Origin: Lacibacter cauensis
Lineage (GTDB): Bacteria > Bacteroidota > Bacteroidia > Chitinophagales > Chitinophagaceae
Reading direction: 5' to 3'
Assembly: GCF_007830055.1 (NCBI RefSeq)
Contig: NZ_VLLE01000004.1
Coordinates: 89,248 to 153,247, forward strand
Length of the DNA: 64,000 bases
Translations under genes and position numbers: made by a program
Notes under the pieces: generated by a model
What the model was told of the DNA's origin: nothing
What the model saw: only the letters and a program-made list of their open reading frames with translations
The model's database searches: none
Shown: positions 26,485 to 37,556 of the stretch, piece by piece
Layout of the letters: every line of letters begins with the position of its first letter
How positions within the stretch are numbered: position 1 is the first letter of the stretch

Positions 26485-27168
26485 TTATTTTGCTTCACCG
26501 CCACCTTGTTCCTTCTGACGCTTATACAAAGGAGTACCAGAAGGTACACCTTCCATAGCTGTGATGAGCTTGAACGAGAAGATTCCGTTTTTCTTAAACG
26601 CTGCAAGAATGTTTTTGAAATACGGATAGGTTGTTCCGTTATCACCATTCAGCATAATATTGGCTGGCTTACGGCCTCCTGTACCGGTTAACAATGCATT
26701 GATATAATCATTTAACTGATTATTTAATGTATCGGAAACAGGAATACCAGGTTGCTTAAACGCTTTGTATTCTGCATCGCTTAAAGCCAAAAAGCTTTTC
26801 AGCTGACTAACAGGAACACCAATACCGCCACTGGAGAACTTGATAAAGTTTGAAATTTCTGCAGGAGTTAAACCCAAACCTTTCTGGCGGCTTAAAACAT
26901 CAGCAGTTAACTGGGCCTTTTCTCTACCTTCTTTATCAGAGCTAAAGCTGATGAAAACACGACCCTCTTTATCAAATGAAACTTTGAACACATCCTTATC
27001 TTCCACCTTGTCGGATGAAACCGACTTAGGATTGTCGATATTTACCACTTCTGGTGGTTTGAACTTCGTTGCCAACATGAAGAAGGTAAGGATCAGAAAC
27101 GACACATCCACGAAGGCTGTCATATCTACCCATGTACTCTTCCGGGCTATTTTATTAAGTTTTGACAC
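26485..27168 (-). CDS. exbD: ExbD-like biopolymer transporter (long variant)
   Basis: 227 aa with MTAFVDVSFLILTFFMLAT. Confidence 0.7.
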   Translation of the reverse strand: MSKLNKIARKSTWVDMTAFVDVSFLILTFFMLATKFKPPEVVNIDNPKSVSSDKVEDKDVFKVSFDKEGRVFISFSSDKEGREKAQLTADVLSRQKGLGLTPAEISNFIKFSSGGIGVPVSQLKSFLALSDAEYKAFKQPGIPVSDTLNNQLNDYINALLTGTGGRKPANIMLNGDNGTTYPYFKNILAAFKKNGIFSFKLITAMEGVPSGTPLYKRQKEQGGGEAK

Positions 27169-27249
27169 TAGATTAAAGTTTTGAATTATGAAGATTCAGT
27201 TTCAGTAAAAATCCATACACAACAGCCAAACTATTTTGGCAGGGTAAGC

Positions 27250-28104
27250 TTATTTGTACTGAGTTGCAAAACTTTGAGTTAATGTGAAACTTGTTTCATC
27301 AATTCCGTAAGTAATTGAATCGATCTTTGTAGTAAACACGTTGTACATGATCATCGCAAAAGATGAAGTACCGATACCCAACGCTGTGTTATAGAGGGCT
27401 TCAGAGATACCTACCGCCAACGCACCAGCGTCGCCACCACCACCTTCTTTACCGAGGGCAGAGAATGAACGGATCATACCCAATACAGTACCCAACAGGG
27501 CAATCAACGTACCGAGAGATGTAATTGTTGATAAGAATACCAGGTTTTTAGAAAGCATTGGCAGTTCCAAAGCAGTGGCTTCTTCTACTTCTTTCTGAAT
27601 TGCACCTACTTTCTGATCGTGATCAACACCTTCTGCAGTAGTCATTTCACGGTATTTTTTCAAACCTGCTTTCATAACGTTTGCAACAGAACCTTTTTGC
27701 TTGTCGCACTCAGCTAAAGCTGCATCGATATTTTTGTTAGCGAGGTGATACTGAACCTTGCGGATAAAATCGGTTGCATTGCCAGCACCCATTGCTTTTG
27801 TGATAGTGAGGAAACGCTCAATAGAAAACACGATTACCATGAGGAATAAGCCGATCAGGAAAGGTACGATGATACCACCTTCATAAATCGCATTGAGGGC
27901 TCCTTTTGGTTTGTGATGCTTAGGCCAGAACCAACCTTCTGTTGCTGGTTCTTCAAAACCACTTGGGTTACCTAAAATAAAACGCCAGATAGTGTAACCG
28001 GCAAGGATACACACAATTGGTGCAATCCATGAAATAACGTTTGTGCTCTGCTTTGCTTGCCCTGAAGTAGCGGCTTTTGCTGCCGTTGGTTTTGTTTCAG
28101 CCAT
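27250..28104 (-). CDS. exbB: MotA/TolQ/ExbB proton-channel protein
   Basis: 284 aa with three TM helices and the characteristic ExbB C-terminal region (LGTVLGMIRSF). Confidence 0.8.
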   Translation of the reverse strand: MAETKPTAAKAATSGQAKQSTNVISWIAPIVCILAGYTIWRFILGNPSGFEEPATEGWFWPKHHKPKGALNAIYEGGIIVPFLIGLFLMVIVFSIERFLTITKAMGAGNATDFIRKVQYHLANKNIDAALAECDKQKGSVANVMKAGLKKYREMTTAEGVDHDQKVGAIQKEVEEATALELPMLSKNLVFLSTITSLGTLIALLGTVLGMIRSFSALGKEGGGGDAGALAVGISEALYNTALGIGTSSFAMIMYNVFTTKIDSITYGIDETSFTLTQSFATQYK

Positions 28105-28405
28105 GACAATTGATTTTTTGGTTTTTTAATTAAGTAAGTTTTACGTCTTAAATAGTGGTACAATTCTATGAAATTTCTTTTTCAAAAAATCAAACCAATT
28201 TCCCCTTAACAGGGTGGCACAAGTTAGGGAAATATTTATTTTCTGCAACTTCCGTTCATTTTAATTTTTTGAGTAGTTACAACAATCGTTTGCAGCCGTT
28301 TATCATTTTTCGCCGCTTGTCATTAACAATTTCCATTCGTTTTTGTACTCAATCGGTTTCATTGTTTAACCACTATCTTCAATCGTTTTTTAAACCCAAC
28401 AAAGT

Positions 28406-30973
28406 ATGAAGAAAAATCTGATGCTATTTTCCCTGCTGATGGCAGGTAGTTTAGGCGCTGCTGTTGCGCAAAACCGGCCGGGCAATCCAACCACCGGCGG
28501 GGCGCCAACACAAATGCCAACCGGTATGCCCGGCGGTGGAGCCCCTGCGCAGCGTACCGCTCCAAAACCTTACAAAGATGTAATTACAGACAAGGCAAAA
28601 ACAGACGAAGGCCTGTTTAAAGTGCATTTCCTCGACGATAAGTACTTCTTTGAACTGCCAGACTCTTTACTCAACAGAGACATCCTTGTAGTTACCCGTA
28701 TTTCTAAATCTGCTGCAGGTTTAAGCAATGGCTTTTCCGGTTATGCAGGCGATATCGTTAACAATAACGTTATCCGCTTTGAAAGAGGCCCCAACAATAA
28801 AATCTTTTTAAAACGTGTATCCTTCGACCAGCGTGGTACCGACGAGAATGGTATGTACAAATCGGTTGTTAATTCCAATACACAGCCCATTATGCAGGCT
28901 TTTGACGTGAAAGCTTACAACAGAGATTCTGTAACCAATACCCGTTTTACGGTAATTGAAATGACCGATTTTATTGCGGGCGATAACGATGTGTTGTTTT
29001 TTAACACCGGCTCAAAAAGCAGCCTACAATTAGGTATGATTCAGGCCGACAAATCGTACACACAAACGATCAAATCATACCCCATTAATATTGAAATTAA
29101 AACGGTAAAAACATATGGCCGTGCTGTAACACCAGCAACTGCCCAAGCCGGAGGTTTTGGTGGCGGTAACCGTGCAAGCACATTTACATTAGAGTTAAAC
29201 AGCTCGATGTTACTGCTTCCAAAAACGCCTGCAAAAGCAAGATACTTCGACCCCCGTGTTGGCTTCTTTACACGTCGTGTAACCGACTTTGATGCCAATC
29301 CGCAAGGTGTTAAGGAAATCCAGATGGCTGTACGCTGGAAACTGGAGCCTAAAGAGGAAGATGTAGAGAAATATCTCCGTGGCGAATTGGTAGAGCCTAA
29401 AAACCCCATCATCTATTACATCGATCCCGCAACGCCTAAAAAGTGGGTGCCTTACTTAATACAAGGTGTAAGCGATTGGCAGGCTGCTTTTGAAAAAGCC
29501 GGTTTCAAAAATGCGATTATCGGCAAAATGGCTCCTACAGCAAAAGAAGACAGTACATGGAGTTTGGAAGATGCCCGTTTCAGTGCAATTGTATACAAGC
29601 CTAGCGAAGTTGCAAACGCAAGTGGACCTAACGTACACGATCCACGCAGCGGACAAATTCTGGAAAGCCATATTAACTGGTACCACAATGTAATGAGCTT
29701 ATTGCGTAACTGGTATTTTGTACAAACAGCTGCAGTTGATGCAGGTGCCCGTACAATGGTATTTGATGATGCATTAATGGGCGAACTGATTCGTTTTGTA
29801 TCATCACACGAAGTTGGTCACACGCTTGGTCTGCGTCACAACTATGGTTCGTCATCAACAGTTCCTGTTGACAGTTTGCGCAACAAGGCATGGGTAGAAG
29901 CAAATGGCCACACCCCTTCTATTATGGATTATGCACGCTTCAACTATGTAGCACAACCGGAAGATAATATTTCACGTTCAGGATTATTCCCTCGCATTGG
30001 CGATTACGATAAATGGGCTATTGAATGGGGTTACCGCTGGATGCCCGAATACAAAACTGCAGAAGCTGAAGTTCCTGTACTGCAAAAACTCACTACAGAA
30101 CGTTTAAAGAATAAGCGTTTGTGGTTTGGTACAGAAACAAACCCCGATGATCCCCGTTCGCAAAACGAAGACCTTGGTAACGATGCCATGAAAGCAAGCG
30201 CTTATGGTATCAAGAACCTGCAACGCATTGTACCCAACCTCATCAACTGGACCAAACAGCCAAACGAAAGCTATGATGGTTTAAATGAAATGTACAACCA
30301 GGTACAAACACAGTTTGGCCGTTATATGGGTCATGTTGCAAAGTGGGTTGGTGGTATTTACGAAACACCGAAAATGGTTGAACAGGAAGGACCGGTTTAC
30401 GAATTTGTTGCAAAAGCAAAACAAAAAGAAGCTGTTGCCTTCTTAAATCAGCAGTTGTTTACCACACCAACATGGTTAATTAACAACGATATTTTCGGAC
30501 GCACAGGTATTAATCCACAAGAGATCATCGGTAACAGACAGGAAGCTGTGATTAATCGTTTGATCTCTGTTTCTACCATGAGCAAATTATTTGCTGCAGA
30601 AGCAGAATTGGGCAACAATGCTTACAAAGCAACGGAGTTAATGGATGATCTGCGCCGTTCAATCTTCAGCGAAGTGTACACACGTAAAGCAACAGATATC
30701 TATCGCCGTAATTTGCAGAAGATGTTTGTAGAGCGTGTTATTTCATTGCTCCCGGGCGCACCGTCTTCAAACACTGGTGGACTTTCCATTACATTCCAGA
30801 TTACACCATCTGTGAATGTAAAGAATACAGATGCTTATTCTATTCTTAAAGGAACATTACGCCAGCTGAGCAACGATATTAAAGCTGCATTGCCTTTAAC
30901 AACAGATAACATTACAAAACTGCATCTGCAGGATTTAAACGACCGTATTACAGATATTCTCAACAAGAAATAA
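28406..30973 (+). CDS. Secreted zinc-dependent metalloprotease (Bacteroidetes DUF5117/DUF5118-type)
   Basis: 855 aa with a signal peptide and an HExxH zinc site (SSHEVGHTLGLRHN). Confidence 0.75.
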   Translation: MKKNLMLFSLLMAGSLGAAVAQNRPGNPTTGGAPTQMPTGMPGGGAPAQRTAPKPYKDVITDKAKTDEGLFKVHFLDDKYFFELPDSLLNRDILVVTRISKSAAGLSNGFSGYAGDIVNNNVIRFERGPNNKIFLKRVSFDQRGTDENGMYKSVVNSNTQPIMQAFDVKAYNRDSVTNTRFTVIEMTDFIAGDNDVLFFNTGSKSSLQLGMIQADKSYTQTIKSYPINIEIKTVKTYGRAVTPATAQAGGFGGGNRASTFTLELNSSMLLLPKTPAKARYFDPRVGFFTRRVTDFDANPQGVKEIQMAVRWKLEPKEEDVEKYLRGELVEPKNPIIYYIDPATPKKWVPYLIQGVSDWQAAFEKAGFKNAIIGKMAPTAKEDSTWSLEDARFSAIVYKPSEVANASGPNVHDPRSGQILESHINWYHNVMSLLRNWYFVQTAAVDAGARTMVFDDALMGELIRFVSSHEVGHTLGLRHNYGSSSTVPVDSLRNKAWVEANGHTPSIMDYARFNYVAQPEDNISRSGLFPRIGDYDKWAIEWGYRWMPEYKTAEAEVPVLQKLTTERLKNKRLWFGTETNPDDPRSQNEDLGNDAMKASAYGIKNLQRIVPNLINWTKQPNESYDGLNEMYNQVQTQFGRYMGHVAKWVGGIYETPKMVEQEGPVYEFVAKAKQKEAVAFLNQQLFTTPTWLINNDIFGRTGINPQEIIGNRQEAVINRLISVSTMSKLFAAEAELGNNAYKATELMDDLRRSIFSEVYTRKATDIYRRNLQKMFVERVISLLPGAPSSNTGGLSITFQITPSVNVKNTDAYSILKGTLRQLSNDIKAALPLTTDNITKLHLQDLNDRITDILNKK

Positions 30974-30994
30974 TCCTACACGGTTACACATAAA

Positions 30995-31027
30995 AAGACC
31001 CCGAAAAAATCGGGGTCTTTTTATTTT
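30995..31027. terminator. Bidirectional rho-independent terminator between convergent genes
   Basis: Sequence AGACCCCGAaaaaaaTCGGGGTCTTTTTATTTT, with A-rich tracts on both sides. Confidence 0.8.
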
Positions 31028-31040
31028 ACTGAAGAAAGTT

Positions 31041-32960
31041 TTAATTATCGTTTCCTTGCTCTTTCTTTTTATCAGCATCCATCATTTCCATCAGCTTCAA
31101 ACCAAGTAATCCGCTGATTGGGCCGTCGGATCCATTGTTGCCACCAATTAATACATCTGGGATAATTTTGATCTGGCCTTTACTGATCTCTTCGGTAATC
31201 TTGTAACGGGTAAAGTTATCGCCACCCATTGCCTTCACCTGCAATTCGTATGCTTCTGCAGTTGATTTACCGATAGCCATAATTTTTTCCGCTTCAGCTA
31301 AACCGGTTTTCGAAATACGTTCTGCATCAGCAGCAGCATTCAACTTTGTTGATTCGGCTTGTGCGGCAGCTTTCATTTTTATTGCTTCCGATTCAGCATT
31401 TGCACGCATCTTGGTTGCTTCAGCTTCTGCATTTACATTCAGCTTTAAACTGGTAGCATCACCTTCTGCTTTCTTCACTGTTGCATCTGCAGTGCGTTGC
31501 GCAATTTCTACACTTTGCTGTGCTTTTACAATCTCCTTCTGCATATCGGCAATGGCTGTTTCTTTTTCTACACCCTGCCGTTTCTCTTGTGCCATACGTT
31601 GTGTTTCATACGTCTTCTCCTCTTCCTGTGCTATCTTACGATCGGTTAATGTTTTCATCAACGCTTCAGGAGGTACAATGTCACCAATCAATGTATCAAC
31701 AGCATTTACGTTGTACTCTTCCAGCACATCTTTGATGTGTTCTTTCGCTGCGTTCTGCCGTTCTTTACGGGTGCTTAAGAAAGAAATTACATCACTGTCC
31801 TGCGCACTGTTACGGAAATAGTTACCAATAGTTGGTTCCAGTACCTGACTTACAAGATTGTTCATACTGCCGAAGCGTGCAATTACTTTTGGCGCTTCGG
31901 TAGCAGGTATGTGAATGATTTGTGCAACATCAAGGTTAAAAGGGAAACCGTCTTTCGAACGCACTGTAATTGTTGATAGATTCTTGTCTAACGAGTGTGC
32001 TTCGCTTCTTGCATTTGCCCAGTTTAAAACGAGATTGGTTGTTGGCACTAATTCCACTTTTGTCGTGTACTTATTAACGGGATATTTACCCGGACCAAGC
32101 GGTTCCATCCACACACCACGATAACCTTTTTCAACAATGTTACCATGTTTAAAAGTTTCACCGGTTAAGTCTTTACCTACTTCACCAATGTAAGAGATCA
32201 CCACACCTACATGACCAATCGGAATATCCGTCATGGGTGTTTCTTCAATCTGCAATGCCCATGGGTTGATGTAGTATGAACCGGCAAGTATTACCTGCGG
32301 CTGCAAACCACGGTTACCGCCATTGGTAAGAAATGCATCAAAATTCTGGAAGTTGTTATGCCCTTCTACAAACTTACCGGCAATGGAACCAATCGGAATC
32401 GGTTCACCATCCAGGGCGGTTACAATACCCACCATGTTTTCGTTAATGGTTACCTGGTCTACCACACTCACATCAAACAAATGACGGTTGATACGATACG
32501 AACCTGCTGTGATATACGCTGTTTGACGACCACGTTGGCCACCTCTTTCCAGGAAAGCCTGCGCATCCTGAAAGTTATCACAATCAACCCTGCGTGCAAG
32601 AATGTGACCTGTTGGTATTTCAGCACCGTCTTTACTCAATACCAGTGCAATTTTACCTTCGGGTACAACTGTAAACGGAATCATATCTACTCCGTATTGC
32701 CAGGGCCACATAAACCAGTATAAGCCCGGTGCTAATGTTTTTGCCTGAAAACCGGCTTCGCCTTTGGTAGCAATAATGCGACCATCGGGTAACTCACGGT
32801 TGGCACCAATGAGTACGAACTTTTTAGTTACAAGACCAATTTTGTCTTCGGGTACGATGACCATACCAAAGAAAACACGTAGTACGAATTTGTAGAAGAT
32901 GAGTGAAAAGAATAAAACTAACACCCACCAATAGGCGAAAAATAAGGATGCAATGTCCAT
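31041..32960 (-). CDS. SPFH/Band-7 (flotillin-like) membrane protein with a long C-terminal coiled coil
   Basis: 639 aa with an N-terminal TM, an SPFH core and an Ala/Glu/Lys-rich repeated coiled coil (EAEATKMRANAESEAIKMKAAAQAES...). Confidence 0.7.
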   Translation of the reverse strand: MDIASLFFAYWWVLVLFFSLIFYKFVLRVFFGMVIVPEDKIGLVTKKFVLIGANRELPDGRIIATKGEAGFQAKTLAPGLYWFMWPWQYGVDMIPFTVVPEGKIALVLSKDGAEIPTGHILARRVDCDNFQDAQAFLERGGQRGRQTAYITAGSYRINRHLFDVSVVDQVTINENMVGIVTALDGEPIPIGSIAGKFVEGHNNFQNFDAFLTNGGNRGLQPQVILAGSYYINPWALQIEETPMTDIPIGHVGVVISYIGEVGKDLTGETFKHGNIVEKGYRGVWMEPLGPGKYPVNKYTTKVELVPTTNLVLNWANARSEAHSLDKNLSTITVRSKDGFPFNLDVAQIIHIPATEAPKVIARFGSMNNLVSQVLEPTIGNYFRNSAQDSDVISFLSTRKERQNAAKEHIKDVLEEYNVNAVDTLIGDIVPPEALMKTLTDRKIAQEEEKTYETQRMAQEKRQGVEKETAIADMQKEIVKAQQSVEIAQRTADATVKKAEGDATSLKLNVNAEAEATKMRANAESEAIKMKAAAQAESTKLNAAADAERISKTGLAEAEKIMAIGKSTAEAYELQVKAMGGDNFTRYKITEEISKGQIKIIPDVLIGGNNGSDGPISGLLGLKLMEMMDADKKKEQGNDN

Positions 32961-33280
32961 AGTTGATAAAATGGTTTAAGAATGAAAAATAATTGTTGTT
33001 GCGCAGTATTTACAGCGTTACGCAGCTATGCAGGAGCATTGTTAGTAAGTAGGTGCACCTTTGTTTAAAACTTACGGGAGATGACTGAGGAAGCAGTTGG
33101 CGCTGGAAACAAAAAATGTACGTTCTACATTGGAGTAATTTCCTTTAAAAGGAAGAGCAAAGATATTTTACCGTTTACACATGTGGAATAAAATCCGGTG
33201 AGAACGGGAAGTACACTTTCACCATCGGTAAAGTATGTATGATGGATGGTAAGGAAAGAAAAGCTTGCTGTTAACAACTA

Positions 33281-34594
33281 TTACTCGTAGCGTAAAGCAG
33301 TGATCGGATCGAGTTTAGCGGCTTTCCGTGCCGGGTATAGGCCTGCGATTAAACCGGTTGTAAAACAAATGGCAACACCGATAGCGGCCCACATCCAGGG
33401 AACGACAAAGCCTGTTTTGAAGAAGACGGCTGCAAGATTACCCACCAGTATACCCAGTACAATACCAAAGAAAGCACCGAGCAGACTGATCAAAATACTT
33501 TCCCATAAAAACTGTTTGCGTATGTTGGAGCTTTTAGCACCGATTGATTTCGCAAGTCCGATTTCACGTGTGCGTTCGCTTACTGCTACCAGCATAATAT
33601 TGGTTAAGCCGATGGCTGCGCCTAACAATGTTATGGCACCAATAATAATGGCTGCTATTTGTACATAGCTGAGTGTTTTCTTTAACGATTCAACAATACT
33701 GTCGCTGCGGTCTACGTAAAAGTTATCAGCTTCTTTGGTTGATAATTTTCTTGCCTGGCGAAATACACCTGTTGCTTCACCAACAGCTGCATCCATTTGG
33801 GCAAAATCATTTGCCCGGATGGTAATGTTGTAACTTCCGCTGCCGTTAAACACCCTGCGAACGTTATTGTACGTAATTAAGCCAATATTATCGAGCGAAA
33901 GAAAAGAGCTGGCGCCCCTTGCCTTCAATACCCCAATTACCCGGTAGCGGTTTGAACCAATGCGGATGATTTTCCCAATAGCATAAGCCGATTTGCCCTT
34001 GAACAGTTTCTGTACCAAATCGCTGCCGAGGATAACCACATTGCGGCCACTCTCAACATCAAGCTTATTAAAATCACGCCCCTGCTCCAGCGTATAACCA
34101 CTGTTCAGTAAATAATTTTCATCACCGCCAATTACACGCACATTGGGATTGGTTTTCTGCTCTTCAAAAAAAACGGTTGCGTTACCGCTTGCAAATTTTG
34201 AAATACTTACAGTTGCGGGAAAAGAAAACTGCTCTTTAAATCTTCTAGCTTCGTCAAAGGTGATAAAGCGATCGAGGTTGGAGCTCCGTTGCTTCGTACC
34301 GGCTTTTTTTGTCCGGGTTAAATCACTTCTTGGTCCTCCACCAAAACGGATATTCCGCTCTTTATAACGTAAGCTGAAAGAATTAGCGCCAAGTATGGAG
34401 AAGTTCTCGTACAAACTCTGGTTCATTGCCTCAATGGCGGTAATGATTCCGATTAATGCCATGATACCAAAAGCAATAATGGATACAGTAATACCCGTAC
34501 GTAATTTGTTGGAACGAATGGTTCGCCAGGCTAATGATAAGATGTCGGAGAATGTCATATGCGCATTTGAATCAAAACCGGTTAACGGCTTCAT
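33281..34594 (-). CDS. ABC transporter permease (FtsX/MacB-like), orphan (no adjacent ATPase)
   Basis: 437 aa with one N-terminal TM, a large periplasmic domain and three C-terminal TMs (FtsX topology). Confidence 0.7.
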   Translation of the reverse strand: MKPLTGFDSNAHMTFSDILSLAWRTIRSNKLRTGITVSIIAFGIMALIGIITAIEAMNQSLYENFSILGANSFSLRYKERNIRFGGGPRSDLTRTKKAGTKQRSSNLDRFITFDEARRFKEQFSFPATVSISKFASGNATVFFEEQKTNPNVRVIGGDENYLLNSGYTLEQGRDFNKLDVESGRNVVILGSDLVQKLFKGKSAYAIGKIIRIGSNRYRVIGVLKARGASSFLSLDNIGLITYNNVRRVFNGSGSYNITIRANDFAQMDAAVGEATGVFRQARKLSTKEADNFYVDRSDSIVESLKKTLSYVQIAAIIIGAITLLGAAIGLTNIMLVAVSERTREIGLAKSIGAKSSNIRKQFLWESILISLLGAFFGIVLGILVGNLAAVFFKTGFVVPWMWAAIGVAICFTTGLIAGLYPARKAAKLDPITALRYE

Positions 34595-34700
34595 TATTCA
34601 TCCCGAAATTAAGAAAGCTGCACCGAATTGCAAGTTGTTTCTATAAACGGTAAAGCCTCCGTTTTGACGGAGGCTTTGCAAAATCGCTTTGTAAGCTTAT

Positions 34701-36080
34701 TTAAAAGAAAAAGAGCATGTTTGTTAACAACGAAGGATAAACACCCAACACAACTACTACTGCCGCTACAACCACCAGCAACGCTTTAAAAGGAGCTGTA
34801 ATTTCAAGTTCCTGAGCCTCTCCATCTTTAAAATACATAGCTTGAATAACACGGAAATAATAATACACACTCACTGCCGCCATTAACACCGCAAAGATGA
34901 CCAACCACAGGTATGTTCCCGTTTTAACAGCCGCTGCCAGCACATAGTACTTTGCAAAGAAGCCTGCAGTTAAAGGGATACCAGCCAACGACAAAAAACA
35001 AACAGTTAATACAAACGCTACAAGCGGTTGTCTTTTTGCAAGACCGTTAAAGCCTTCAAATGTATAATCCTTCATTTTTACCAGCACAGCAAAGATGCCG
35101 ATGGTGGCAAAGCAATAGGCAGCTGCATACAGCAACAAGCCCTGCTTCGATAAATCGTTTACAGCAAAAACAGCAAACAGCATAAAACCTGCCTGTGCAA
35201 TACTTGAGTAAGCCAGCATCCGCTTTACGCTTTGCTGGTATACAGCAGTGATGTTACCAATGAACAATGTAAGTGCTGTGATAACCGCAACCGTTAACTT
35301 CCATGTATCGGCTTTGCCGGCAAATGCATTTGTAAAGAGGTTAAGGAAGCCGATGAAGATGGCGGCCTTCACAATGGTTGCCATGAACGAAGTAAAAACT
35401 GTTGGAGCACCGTCGTATACATCAGGAGTCCAGAAATGAAAAGGGGCAGCAGAAACCTTAAAGGCCAAAGCAACCATCACCATTACAATACCAACAGTGG
35501 TAAAGGCTGTAAAGTTATCAGATGTAATTGCCGCCAAACGTTCTACCTGGAACGAACCTGCAGCACCATACAGAAATGCAATACCCATTAACAGAATACC
35601 GGTTGAAAAAGATCCCATGAGGAAGTATTTCAACGCAGCCTCGTTTCCTTTAAGATTTCGCTTATCTGAACCCGTTAAGATGTAAAGAGGAATCGAAACA
35701 ATTTCAATACCGATGAAAAGAATAAGCAGGTTGTTGAATAAAGCAACCAGTCCTGCACCACTCATGACAAAAAAGATCAACGCAAAATATTCGAACGAGT
35801 GCTTACCTACCGCTTCTACATCTTTTCCGCTGAGTAAAATGTAAATGAGTAAGGCAAGGATTAACACTGTAAGAAACAGCAAACCAAAACGCTCATAGTG
35901 CAACATACCTTTAAAGTCGCTGTTAATGATCATTTTTCCACTGAGATCAAATAGGTTTCCGATCAATAATGCAACCGCACCCACAAGGGCTACAGTTTTA
36001 GCCGCCGATTTGCTGTTCAGGAACAAACCGCTGAACATCATCACCACACCCCAAATCGCCGAAAGTAAAATCAGGTTCAT
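34701..36080 (-). CDS. nuoN: NADH-quinone oxidoreductase subunit N
   Basis: 459 aa polytopic antiporter-like subunit. It is the last gene of the nuo operon. Confidence 0.85.
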   Translation of the reverse strand: MNLILLSAIWGVVMMFSGLFLNSKSAAKTVALVGAVALLIGNLFDLSGKMIINSDFKGMLHYERFGLLFLTVLILALLIYILLSGKDVEAVGKHSFEYFALIFFVMSGAGLVALFNNLLILFIGIEIVSIPLYILTGSDKRNLKGNEAALKYFLMGSFSTGILLMGIAFLYGAAGSFQVERLAAITSDNFTAFTTVGIVMVMVALAFKVSAAPFHFWTPDVYDGAPTVFTSFMATIVKAAIFIGFLNLFTNAFAGKADTWKLTVAVITALTLFIGNITAVYQQSVKRMLAYSSIAQAGFMLFAVFAVNDLSKQGLLLYAAAYCFATIGIFAVLVKMKDYTFEGFNGLAKRQPLVAFVLTVCFLSLAGIPLTAGFFAKYYVLAAAVKTGTYLWLVIFAVLMAAVSVYYYFRVIQAMYFKDGEAQELEITAPFKALLVVVAAVVVVLGVYPSLLTNMLFFF

Positions 36081-36098
36081 CGTTCTTCGTTAAAGAGT

Positions 36099-37535
36099 TT
36101 ATTTAAAGATTCCCAGTATAAAACTTGCAGTATCCTTGGTTAAATTAAACACAGGCGAAGGATACACACCCATTACAAAAATGGCCACCACAATTACAGC
36201 CAACGCTGCTTTTTCAATAAAGCTGATGTCTGTATTGTTGGCGGTTAATGCATTTTCATTACCATAAAATACTTTCTGGATCATGCGCAATGTGTAGATG
36301 GCACTGAGGATGATGCTTAACCCACCAACAGCGGCATACCATACATTGAATTTGAACAGACCATTGAACATGAGGAATTCACCAATGAATGCATTGGTCA
36401 ATGGCAACGCTACGTTGGCCAAGGCAACAATCACCAGCAGAATAGTTAATGCAGGTGCCTTTTGTGCAAGACCACCCAGCTCACTCATTTTGCGTGTGCC
36501 GAATTTGCGTTCAATCAGTTCTACCACGATCCACATACCGAGTACGTTTACACCGTGACTGAAGAACTGAATGATTGCTCCCTGTAAACCACTTTCATTG
36601 TTTACAAACAAGGCCGCACTCATTAAACCAATATGCGCAATGGATGAATAAGCGATTAAACGTTTCAGATCGTCTTGCTGCATGGCAACAATACTTGCGT
36701 ATACCATACCGATTACGCTTAACCCAATCACCACGTTATCGAACTGTACAGCTGCATCGGGGAACAAAGGCAATAACCAACGAACCACTGCAAACAAACC
36801 CATCTTCACCATCAATGCACTCAATACCATGGTTACTGCAGTTGGAGATTGTTCGTATGCATCGGGCTGCCAGGTATGGAAAGGAAACACCGGCATCTTG
36901 ATGGCAAATGCAATAAAGAATAACCAGAATAACCAGGTTTGCTGATCGCCTGACAACTTCACAGCATACAACGAATCCATTGCAAAAGATCCGTCGGCTG
37001 TTTGGAAATACATATACAATAAACCAACCAGCATCAGCAACGAACCGATGAATGTATAAATGAAAAACTTAAATGTAACTGCAATGCGTTTTTCGCCACC
37101 CCATTTACTGCAGAGGAAATAAACAGGAATAAGCGCCAACTCCCAGAAGAAATAAAACAGCAAACCATCAGCTGCCAAAAACACACCCACAATACCGGCC
37201 TGTGCCAATAACATCAGTCCATAAAAGCTGTTGGGCGAAGCGTATGTCGACTTCCAGGTAGAAGCAAAAATAACCGGATAAGCAAGTGCGGACAGCAAAC
37301 AGAGCAATGTACTGGCTCCATCCATTTTTAAAGCAAAGCTTGCGCCCAATTGCGGCAACCATTCTGCAGAAAAACTTCTGCCTGCTTCGTTACCTGTTAC
37401 GAGACTGTACGAAATCGCTGCCAGGGAAACGAGCGACACAACAAAACTCCATAGCTTGGCCTTGTTTTCCTGCTTTAAAAAGAAGGACACCAATCCACCA
37501 ATCAACGGAACCAATATCATCAATAATGCTATCAT
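36099..37535 (-). CDS. nuoM: NADH-quinone oxidoreductase subunit M
   Basis: 478 aa antiporter-like subunit. Confidence 0.85.
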   Translation of the reverse strand: MIALLMILVPLIGGLVSFFLKQENKAKLWSFVVSLVSLAAISYSLVTGNEAGRSFSAEWLPQLGASFALKMDGASTLLCLLSALAYPVIFASTWKSTYASPNSFYGLMLLAQAGIVGVFLAADGLLFYFFWELALIPVYFLCSKWGGEKRIAVTFKFFIYTFIGSLLMLVGLLYMYFQTADGSFAMDSLYAVKLSGDQQTWLFWLFFIAFAIKMPVFPFHTWQPDAYEQSPTAVTMVLSALMVKMGLFAVVRWLLPLFPDAAVQFDNVVIGLSVIGMVYASIVAMQQDDLKRLIAYSSIAHIGLMSAALFVNNESGLQGAIIQFFSHGVNVLGMWIVVELIERKFGTRKMSELGGLAQKAPALTILLVIVALANVALPLTNAFIGEFLMFNGLFKFNVWYAAVGGLSIILSAIYTLRMIQKVFYGNENALTANNTDISFIEKAALAVIVVAIFVMGVYPSPVFNLTKDTASFILGIFK

Positions 37536-37556
37536 AATACAGCTATGCCTGGTTAA